Source of the DNA: Dicyema japonicum | Taxonomy: Eukaryota > Animalia > Dicyemida | DNA: 33,000 nt | Assembly: GCA_011109175.1 (NCBI GenBank) | Contig: RDEW01000001.1 | Span: 1,719,360 to 1,752,359, forward strand | Direction of reading: 5' to 3' | In this document: positions 22,491 through 31,929 of the stretch, piece after piece | Position numbering within the stretch: the first letter of the stretch is position 1 | Layout: every line of letters starts with the position of its first letter | Notes under the pieces: generated by a model | The model's database searches: none | Seen by the model: only the letters and a program-made list of their open reading frames with translations | What the model was told of the DNA's origin: nothing | Translations under genes and position numbers: made by a program

Positions 22491-23305
22491 ATGGTTGGTG
22501 AGTACTAATGACGATAGAATAAAATATCCGAGAAGGACAAAAGCATTGCAAAGTTTCTTAGATTCAACACCCAAAAAAGGGAAGGGAGAGTTGACCGACA
22601 TAAGGTTGAATACTTCACTGGTACTGTAATTTTTGCTATTATTGGTGGGAATGCCGTTGATTTACTGATAAATAAATATCCCCAATTTGAGGACAGAAAA
22701 AAATGCGTCCGTTTTTGCCAGAAACTGCTAGGCAGTGGGTGTTTCACTAGTGTTGAAGAAAAAATATCAAAAACGTACAAAATGGCTTTACTTTAGTCGG
22801 AATGAACGACCAGCTGTAAATATTGGCGATAATTGTAGAAAAAAGTCACTAAACTTGTTTTAACGGAGGGCCCTCACAGATTCGTGGACTCTGACTCATC
22901 GGTACTTATATTTTACCATCGTAGCTGTACGTTTGGGTTTATGATCCCATCAGACCACGGAATGTCGTGATTGGACTAATTTTGTGTTTTTATTAGGTTA
23001 ACCCGTAGTGACCGTTGTCCTTCTCTTCGCATTTGTCCCCGTTTGGCCGGCCTCAGCCAAGCGTTATCTCTCCTACTTGGTCCCTTTCAGTTATGTTCTT
23101 CTGGGAGTCAATATCTTCCTTCTTATACGTAGTTTGCCTTTATATCGTAGTTCGACTGTTTCTCTTTTTGGTCGTTTACGTGTTTTCTAAGGGGAGAATC
23201 AGCTTTTGGATATTTCCTCGGATAAATGAAGTGTTGGGAGTCATCGAGCCGTTCAAGCCTGTTTATGAAATCAAGAGGTGGGACAATAATGATAACTCGG
23301 AATAA
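22491..23305 (+). CDS. SEC62: ER translocation protein Sec62, 6 canonical micro-introns plus a 24-nt non-canonical candidate
   Basis: Introns 22494-22517 (24), 22775-22796 (22), 22816-22838 (23), 22902-22924 (23), 22986-23008 (23), 23129-23150 (22). Motifs IAKFLRFN, KVEYF, AVDLL, LYVWVYDP, FVPVWP, FWIFP...FKPVY; two TM segments. Confidence 0.93.
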
Positions 23306-23876
23306 TATTTTTTTTTCATTTTTGCGAGGAAATGACAGGGAATGCTAATTTATGATTATTGGCGATCAAAATGAGACCCCACTTATGTACGAGATCGAAT
23401 GAGGCGTACAAAACCTGCTGCTTTGCTGTGGGATATCTTGGGGGCAGAATCTGACTTTAGATAGATACTAGAGGATGATTCAAATTGATTAGTCTTCGGG
23501 TATGCGGGCATTATTGAACCTTAAATGTACGTCTATCACGGACTGCTTTGGAATCGCCATTTACAAGCATGGCAAAACCAGTGAGGAAGTCCACGCCCTA
23601 ACTCAGCTGTGCTTTGATATGAGGAAATCACTAGAGGGACGATACTGCAATAAACGTGCGATGGTTGCTGTTTCTATGAGTTTTCTGAGTTTGTAGTTAA
23701 TGAATTGTAAATAATTATCGACGTAGCCCTACCCAAATCAGTCTAATAGTAGATTTATACGCAGATTACGCGGGTTCTCTGGTAATTTAGTTCAGGATTT
23801 GAGTCGAGGAACCCAAATGGGGGTTGATATATCAGAGCTATCTTAGTACTGTGTTCTCATCTATCTAAAGTTTTTC

Positions 23877-24030
23877 GAGCTTACTGATCATGAGTAAGGA
23901 AAGTTTGGTCAGCAGTGTAAATAGCCACGTGGTACGTGTTAGAACTCTGAAATGAGGTTAATTTATAAACAGGATCAATTTAAATGTTACTAAACTCGTA
24001 CATGTGTACAATGCCATTTCTGGTCCTTCA
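23877..24030 (+). ncRNA. Weak candidate for a divergent U12 snRNA-like sequence
   Basis: ATGAGTAAGGAAA (23890-23902) equals the U12 branch-pairing region as I recall it, within a CTTACT/AGTAAG stem. The Sm-like site is poor (AATTTAT at 23960) and the CUACUUU loop is absent. Confidence 0.15.
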
Positions 24031-24406
24031 ATTTCGATCGAACCAACAAATTTAACATTTTAGGGACATGGATGATAGTGACAGGTAGAGAATTAATGGC
24101 ATATTCGGTCATCGATTTACGCTTAATTACTAGAAATGAGGATAATTAGGCCAACAATGAAAATAGCAATGTGGTATGCGGTCGAATTCTGAAATGTAAT
24201 TAAATTATTAAGGCTAAGGGCAGTTTAAAGCTGTTACTTCTGATCGATTTACTTTGACCGAACAAGAAATTTGGCATTTAAGGGCACTGAAGTAATATGA
24301 TGGTGGCAGTTATCGAAGACTAATAGCAAGTTCTTTGAGCGGTTAACGGCCAATGGGCAAGAGTAGGGAAAGTGAGGTCAGTAGTGAAACTAGCCACGTG
24401 GTATGT
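23892..24406 (+). repeat. Pair of 46-bp imperfect direct repeats (23892-23937 and 24361-24406)
   Basis: 39 of 46 positions identical by hand alignment; both contain TAGCCACGTGGTA. Confidence 0.75.
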
Positions 24407-24504
24407 TATGGAACTACTTAAAAACCAAGAAAGTGAGAATTATTGAGGGTTATCCTGCAATCAAATCTGTGGGATTATTATCGCTGCGATATCAACAATA
24501 TAAA

Positions 24505-25975
24505 ATGACGATTTCTCCGAAAAACAAAATGGACTCAATCACAATCGAGGACATCCACAACGCAGTACAAACCATCAAGGGATCTGTCTCAAGGACTCCT
24601 TGCATTGTATAACGAAATCTGTTATCACACAGAAATCTCATTTGTCCGAATATTACGGAATGAACATATATTTAAAGCTCGAATTCATGCAATCCTCCGG
24701 GAGGTACCCCACTATTGGTAATTTACTAGTTTCAAAGAAAGAGGAGCAAGATACACCTTGGAGATGCTATCATACGTATAAATGGGGTTATTTTAGAGAC
24801 AAAAACAAAAAGGAGTAATAACAGCAAGCTGCGGAAACCACGCCTTGGCAGTGTCCTATCACGGGTCCATGATGAACATTGAAGTGACTGTCGTGATGCC
24901 AACCGTGGCTCCTTATATTAAAATAAATTTATGTAAAAAATATGGAGCTAAGGTGATCATTTGGGGGGAGAGCATCGAGGAGTCCATGGAATATGCAATG
25001 GAATTAGTCGAGAAAGAAGGTTATACCTACATAAACGGGTAAATAGTCTGAGCATGCAGATATAACGACTGGAACATCATCATCGGTCAAAGTACTCTGG
25101 GAGTTGAGATATTTGAGGAAGTCTCTGATATTGATGCCATCTTGGTTCCGGTTGGTGGAGCTGGTCTAATAGCTGGGCTAGCAAGTAGTATTAAGATGTT
25201 CAACCCCAATGTGAGAATTTATGTTGGCTTTGGCTTTGATTTAGGGAGTTGAATCGGTCCAATGTCCAAGTTTTCGGGAGGCCCTGAATCAAGGAAAGCC
25301 AGTTGCTGTAAAATCGATGTCTACCTTGGCGGATGGTTAGTTTTACAATTCAAACCAGGACTCGCAGTTCCGAAGGTGGGAGCCAACTCATTCACGATCG
25401 CTTCGAAACTTGTGAGTAAAAGTCTCTGTGTGTCGTATGCTGTATTTGTCCAATTTTAGTGAGGAAAACATTTCCCTGGCGATTCTCAAATTGCTAGAAA
25501 ATGAGAAGTTTGTCGTGGAGGGCAGCGGAGCAGTCGGATTGGCGGCCCTTTGTGAGGGTTTGGTCCCTGAGTTAAAGGGGAAAAAGTAATATATGGGGGA
25601 ATAACCAAAGTGTTGTTATTCCAATTACTGGGGGCAACATTGACCCGTCAGTTGTAGGCCGTTGTATTGACAGAGGTATGGCCATTGACGGGAGGCTCGC
25701 TAAATTTTCACTGACAGTGAGCGACCGAGTTGGGGGATTGGTAGAGCTTTGCAAATTTATCGCCAGATATGGAGCAAGGTACCTTTGTTAATTGATGAGC
25801 AGCATAAGGGATATTCTTCACGAGAGAGCCTGGATTAAAGACGACATTTTCAGGACTAGGGTATTCCGATATCAATTTTCAGATCAACTGCGTTGTTGAG
25901 ACACTTAGCAGAGATCACTTGGAAGAGTTCTTTGAGGCGTTAGAAAAAACTTATCCTGACGTGGAGCATAAATAA
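24505..25975 (+). CDS. PLP-dependent threonine ammonia-lyase / serine racemase-like enzyme with C-terminal ACT-like domain, 411 aa, 10 micro-introns
   Basis: Introns 24607-24632 (26), 24704-24729 (26), 24776-24796 (21), 25039-25059 (21), 25223-25244 (22), 25336-25358 (23), 25435-25459 (25), 25586-25610 (25), 25779-25802 (24), 25861-25882 (22) give 1236 nt. Motifs GSFKERGA, ASCGNHA, VPVGGAGL, TLADGLAV, TGGNID, HERAW. Confidence 0.95.
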
Positions 25976-26084
25976 TTAAAAGTAGCAATAAATTCTAATT
26001 AAATTGGTTCCCTAATTTTTTTGATTATTTTTAATAATTTGATAGTTTTATTGTTTTTTAAAAATTAGAGTAATCATTGGCCTC

Positions 26085-26375
26085 ATGTGGTGTTTCGTGG
26101 CTAATTGGTTGAAGTTTCTGTTTTCCGTCTGTTCTTCCTATTAGAGTGGCGCATGTGATCCACATGTCTGGTGTCGTCCAGTGTCAAGCCGGCACGAAAA
26201 AGGATCATTTGCTCTCCCCACTCCACCGGAGGGGTTTCCACAACTGCAAGTATGGACGTCTTTTATCCTTTATGTTGATTCTGAATGGACTCTCTGTAGA
26301 AGTGGAAACTGGATACACTTAGTTAGTTGTTAACTTTAACTTCTTTCTCGGTGTATCCAGGGTTAATAAATAAAT
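26085..26375 (+). mobile_element. LINE 3' end, family A copy
   Basis: GCGCATGTGATCCACATG...GAAACTGGATACACTTAGTTAGTTGTTAAC...CTCGGTGTATCCAGGGTTAATAAATAAAT. Confidence 0.7.
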
Positions 26376-26399
26376 TCCTAATTTCCATAAATATAGAGT

Positions 26400-26565
26400 A
26401 AGCGACCCGTAATCACCAATCGGATTCCTCTGATGAAGGCTCTTTCGCACGGTAATGGGAGACCACAGACGTTGGATGGCTCGTTTGATTGCGGAACTGG
26501 AATTACCTAACAGCCTGACGTTTTATGTCTTTCTTTCTCGGTGATCCCGGGGTTTTAAATAAATA
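26400..26565 (+). mobile_element. LINE 3' end, family A copy (tandem with previous)
   Basis: RLFRTVMG...GTGIT* remnant and TTTCTCGGTGATCCCGGGGTTTTAAATAAAT tail. Confidence 0.6.
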
Positions 26566-26829
26566 AGTTCAGAAATTTTGACCTAAAAATTGACTTTAAA
26601 ATTTCAAAATTTTGACAATTTTTGACTTTTTGCAAATAGTCGTATATGCATAGAAAATATGCTGTTTTTCCATCTTCGTAAAATAAAAAACTTATTAGCA
26701 GAAAATCTAGATTCCAAATACTTATTAATTCATCATAAATCGTTACTGAAATACAGCTTTGAATATTCTAGCAGCGTTTTTACGGTGAAGTAAGTTTTTA
26801 ACAAAAATTATTCAAAAATGGTTCTCTCC

Positions 26830-27450
26830 GACATAATAGACGTTGCCTCTCACAATTGCAATGGAGATCAACTAGAGTAGCCACCGAGTCTCACATGTAT
26901 AGTGGCTTTTGATTGTAGCCAGAGGTCCCAGTTTATCGAGGAAATGAAGCAACTTCGCGCTTATTCCTCCAGTTGTCTCAATTACGATGGGCCGCAACGT
27001 TTTCCACGGCAAACATCGTGTCTACCGCGCTCCGGACGATGTTGGATGGACAAAGGGGGTCGATGAACATCTAATACACATGGTTTCCCTTCCACGGACG
27101 GAAATATTTTAATTTTGTCGAGCGTTTTCCGTCCCCTCTGCCCATACTGACTGGTTCCAGTATGGAGGGGTATCCAGCAGACTCCAGGACTCGCTCACAA
27201 TTCCGTGTATGTCAGATAATCTTCTTGTGCCTTTTTGGCAAAAAGCGCATGATGTCCATAACAGTCGAAGCTACCATCCCACCGGTACTTGTGAGTCAGG
27301 AAAATCTCCAATCCAATTCTGATGGAAATACCTTGACACAGTAGCGTTCGAAACACCACTGATGAAACACCACTCCATTCGCATCTCCCACTGACCAGAC
27401 AGGCGAGTCTGTGTTGGTTTGATTAAGGGAGCTTGACTTTCAGATGGGAG
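26830..27450 (-). mobile_element. CRE-clade 3' fragment (endonuclease region)
   Basis: PSILEPVSMGRG..GKR and terminal SIAIVRGNV, equivalent to SLAILRGN in the 1690 copy. Confidence 0.75.
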
Positions 27451-28138
27451 AAAACATGAGAAGACTAACTCGGATGTGTAAATAAAACTGAGGATAATTT
27501 AACAATCTCTTCATTGGCTATTTTCGTGATATCGGATAAATTAAAAAATACTTACTTTGGTCTTATTATTCGGATACCAGTGTCGCTAGTTGGAAGTAAA
27601 AATGAGCTGTACCAGACACTCTTGTATCATGATTGCATAGTCTCTAAACTTAGTAAACCAGAAGTAACCAACTAGAATTCTTAATGAATTAATGAGTAGA
27701 CTAAAGGAAAGATTTAGTCTAATTAAGCATATGATTAGAAGTGTAATAATTTGAGTTTCTGCTAAAGAGGGGAAATAAGAGGAGCTCTTATTAAAATACA
27801 ATTGAAAATAAGAAAAATAAGTAAGATTGTTAATTTCCGAATTTTATAGGGTCGAATGTTTCAAAACAGAGCACGTGTCATAATTCTTTAAATCATCCAA
27901 CGGTTAAGTTTGACCCAATAATGAATGGGTGATTCGCCTGAACAAATGATGATTCTATCCCGTTTCAATAATACATTAATTTCCGAACACAATTGCGAGA
28001 TTCGACCGAACAAATGATGTATCATTAAATCTACATTCAATAAATCCCTGTTCAGTTCTGAAATTCACTAATAATTGAGAATAATATAAAATGAAAATCT
28101 TCATATAAAATTCAAATTAATATTGATTGACACAAATA

Positions 28139-29511
28139 TGTCACATGGGCGGCGCGTAACGCATGGGCAGCCTGTTACATTTTTTCGACCTTGAAAAGGT
28201 CTTTTAATTATCCGACATTTAATTTTGTATATCCGATTTATATCGTGATTTAATCCTGTTAAATTAGTTTTTATGCATAAATGTTATGATTATAAAGATT
28301 TTATTTTTTATAGCGGTAAACCTAGATTTCTAGCATGAAAGATTATTTTGTTGCAATGGCTTCTTACAAGAGTTTTGTGAAAGATTGCGTTGAATATCAA
28401 ACTTTAAAAGATGCTTTGCATGATAAATTTCCCGAAAAATCTTCCGAGGCACCGAAAATATAGGCTTGTAAAGAAGATAGAGAATTTTTCCATTATCAAT
28501 GACAGATATTGTAAATTTGCAATAATTTTAGACTGTATCTTAAATCAACTGATTCCAATTAAACGGTTATTGACATATATAGTAGGTTGGTTTTTTTTAA
28601 TTTATAGATTCGCTTTTGTACGACCACTCTATAATAAGTCTGGTAAAGAAGTATGTGAAAACTTAAGATCTTTGTTCCGCCTGAATGGGCCATGTAAATT
28701 TTTTCAGTCGGACAATGGTTCTGAATTTAAAAATCAAGAAATAACAAAACTTTGCGAAGATTTTAACATTAAGAAAATTCACGGAAGGCCTAACAATCCA
28801 CGAGCACAAGGAATGTCAAAAATGCTGGATAACAGTGAAAAAAAGTGGCTTGATAAATTAGAAAGTGCTGTCTACAGTTATAACATATCGGTCCATTCAT
28901 TTTCTAACGAAAGTCCTTTCGAAAGATATCGAGGAATTAAGGGAATAAATTCAATAGTTAATGGTTATACTTATATCACATTATGACTTAGATTATTTAA
29001 GTGATGAGTGTACGATTCCAGAACAAATTGACGATTTGGTTAATTGTTCGACTCCAGAATCTATTGAAAATTCACGTAGTTTGATTAAAAAAATTTATAT
29101 CTAGATAATTCCCAGTCAGATAATTTGTGTCCGAATGCGAAGAGATTCAAATACTTTTAACATGGGAGATAAAGTATAAATTAAAAACATTAATAAATAG
29201 GTTCGGGCTAAAAAGGACTTTGGAACAAATCCTCATTGCGACTGGATAAGTTTGAGTCTCAGTATTATTTAGTTGCAAAAATAATTAATATTTTATCGAA
29301 TAATCGCATGGAGGTAGCTTTAAATAGTTTAATTTGATATATAAAAAATTCGAAAGGAGAAATATCGACTGTATTAAAGAGTAAACTAAAAAAAGTTACT
29401 TAAATTTAATTTTTTGTGGTTAATAAATCATTTATAAAATTAATTGAAGTTAATCATGGTTCAAGGTTAATGTAACAGGCAGCCCATAGGTATCGCTTGG
29501 CCCATGTGACA
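28139..29511 (+). mobile_element. Ginger2/TDD-like DNA transposon (integrase-type DDE transposase), defective, with TIRs and TSD
   Basis: 43-bp imperfect TIRs beginning TGTCACATGGGC (28139-28181; 29469-29511); AAATA on both flanks (28134-28138, 29512-29516). rve motifs VIDIYSRFAFVRPL (after splicing), QSDNGSEF, IHGRPNNPRAQG; the segment carrying the catalytic Glu appears deleted. Confidence 0.85.
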
Positions 29512-29853
29512 AAATATTAAAGGAATATTCAAATTAAGTATTGATTGAAACAAAAATAAAGGAAAATCTTTAGTATAAAAATCAATATCATCTACCAATG
29601 TGAAAAAATATATTATAGTCTGATTAGTGAAAGAATAAAAAATATTACAGTAAAATTTTGTCAATAGCCCTTCAGCACTAATAGAAAATCAGATATATGG
29701 AATTGAAGTAGATCTCTGGAGAAAAAACAAATTTAAATTTAGTAAATAGTTTAAATTTTTAATCTTAATTTTTCATTTGCTTAAACATGTTTAATTAAAG
29801 TCCTCATAACTATTGGTGTTCTTGGGTTAAATAAATAAAAATGTCATTAGTAG

Positions 29854-30083
29854 CCGCCATCATCCAGTCCGACTACCCAGAGGTCGTTGAAAAGGTGACA
29901 GGGATTTTCGATGTGGTTCACCTTCACGTGGAGAAAACTGGATACCAGTATCAAACTGGCAACTAAAAGAACACTACTATTCCCTTGTCAACCGATCTAT
30001 GGGAGCGACCGACATCTGCTGCATACTACTAAATAGCTGCTGGCCTCCTACAAGTTAGTGAGGCTGGGGTTACTTAACTAACT
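29854..30083 (+). mobile_element. 5'-truncated LINE 3' end (family C) with 14-bp TSD
   Basis: AATGTCATTAGTAG at 29840-29853 and 30084-30097; DLWERP..AAY C-terminal motif; TAAC-repeat tail. Confidence 0.8.
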
Positions 30084-31083
30084 AATGTCATTAGTAGGTT
30101 CGATTTGAGTCAAAGGACGTAAAGCCGTATTAGTATGTGAATGAAAATAATTCAGGACTAAAAAGTCCTCTAATTCCATTAATATGTAAGACCTCTATGA
30201 TTGGCGATATAACAGGAGAACCAAAAAAGGATTCTTGGTGTTGAAGCCAAACAATTAATGCATCATTGAAGAAACCCATGAAAGATCCTGAATCCTTTAA
30301 ATCTCAGGGTCATTTTTAAGAAATGAAACGAGTTGTGGATTGTCAGAAACAGTATGAGTTCTTCCATTTTACAGGATATTCCAATGGTTTTTTTCTCACT
30401 AAAAAATAAAGACTTGTAGGAGCAGCTTAGGACCAGTCTGGACAGAAACCTTATACCAAGTATTCGTTGGGAGAATCTCGAACAAATAGAGTAATTTTAA
30501 TGACAGACATCCTAAGCAACTACATCCCCTAAATCGAGCACTTTAAATAGAGCTATGTCCATCAGAAAATAAGTTTAATAGAAATATCTTGAAAATGCCT
30601 TAAATCATAACGGTTATGAATATTTTATTGTTTAAATATACAATACTTTCATCCCCCGGGTGGAGCAGTCTGACGAGTGACAGGCAAAAGGCCTGATGGC
30701 TCCTAGTTCAAATTTTGCTGCTGTGCATTCCCGCTGAAGGTTTCATGCTTTGGCTTTACGAATGACGCTTTCAGCAGTGAGCATGTCACTGGGAACCGGA
30801 TAGTCTATAAAGGACTCACACCCAACAAAAAAAGAAGTGAAGAGCATTCTTGGTTCTCCCTCATCGATTAGTTATCATAACTGTTCTTTAATTACAATAA
30901 AGTGTGTCCTACTTGGGAGGAGCTATGGCTATATGACTTTCACCCCATAAACAATTTTCTTGATATTTTTTCCCATAAGCTAACAAATCCCTCTAGGGTT
31001 AATATCCACCAATTCGGAAGACTACCTACAATTAGATTACTACCTTGGTATGATTATTCGGATACCACTCTCACAAGTTGGGT

Positions 31084-31206
31084 TAGTTAGTTAAGTAACC
31101 CCAGCCTCACTAACTTGCAGGAGGCCAGCAGCTATTAAGTAGTACGCAGCAGATGTTGGTCGCTCCATAGATCGGTCAGTTCCGGCATTGTAGAGAAATG
31201 TTGTGC
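31084..31206 (-). mobile_element. 5'-truncated LINE 3' end (family C) with 12-bp TSD
   Basis: CACAAGTTGGGT at 31072-31083 and 31207-31218; 31084-31176 differs from 29991-30083 at 5 of about 93 positions. Confidence 0.8.
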
Positions 31207-31399
31207 CACAAGTTGGGTGGAAGGTGAGGTTAACCATTATAGCATGTTGTATAACTGCGGTAACTAATTAGAACGAATTAAAGCCTTTGCAGAATGAAAA
31301 TTATTTTGGTCGAGTAAAAAAATATTTATTATAACAAAAAATGTGAAATTTATGGTTATGGAGAGTGTTGATAGTAATCGCCGAGACGGAAGGCACTCA

Positions 31400-31650
31400 A
31401 TATATGATACACTATGAAGATCACTAACAGAATTTTATACAACTTATGTATCACCGAAACACTGTCAATGGAAATCAGAAAAACGAGACTGTTCGGTCAC
31501 AATATGAGGATGGAGATGGACGTACCAGCAAATCGTATGATGGAGGAAAATTTCATGGGTTAAGGAAGATTATTCTGAGGAAAACCCAGGACAAATCTAC
31601 CTCCGAGTTAAATGAAAAGTTAAAAGGGGTCGGCAGAAAGCTAAAAACGG
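31400..31650 (+). mobile_element. RTE-like LINE C-terminal remnant
   Basis: ITNRILY...RLFGHNMRMEMDVPAN, parallel to ISNKHLY...GLFGHILRMDRNTPAN at about 9300-9420. Confidence 0.65.
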
Positions 31651-31929
31651 CCGTCAGTTTCGATTAATTGGGAAAACTTGAGAAAAATGAAGATCTTGTG
31701 GAGACTAATAAAAACAGGTGAAAACAGACTGGTGAAAACAGGGAACCTTTACAAAGTCCACATATCAAATTAAAAAAAACTAAGATTTATATTTTTGTTA
31801 GTTGAAGAAGCTAAATTTGGCTATTTTATAATCCAATTCGGTTGATCTACTGCGACAGGTTCAAAATTTGCTTTCCTTTAATTTTCTAAAATAGTAGTTT
31901 ATTGAAATTGTGGAAATCTTGCTAACTTG

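Noticed and set aside
23330-23700. Weak resemblance of ORF 23502-23696 and upstream pieces to profilin or TRAPPC2-like proteins
   Set aside because: No consistent spliced model could be built; the similarity is a few residues and points to two different families.
4362-25975. No TAG stop among nine genes, suggesting codon reassignment
   Set aside because: The sample is too small, TAG is the rarest stop in AT-rich genomes, and no conserved frame requires TAG readthrough.
26425-26445. CTGATGA as a hammerhead ribozyme core or Penelope-like repeat
   Set aside because: There is no stem II plus GAAA, and the sequence reads as the coding end of a family A LINE.
27936-28022. GAACAAATGATG repeated twice about 70 bp apart
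   Set aside because: Only two 12-bp copies in AT-rich DNA, with no termini or array structure.
30100-30600. Possible LTR-retrotransposon RNase H remnant
   Set aside because: Only two or three loosely matching residues amid many stops; not supportable.
29991-31176. Inverted repeats as TIRs of a 1.2-kb DNA transposon
   Set aside because: Each arm has its own distinct TSD and LINE-type tail, so they are two retrotransposon insertions.
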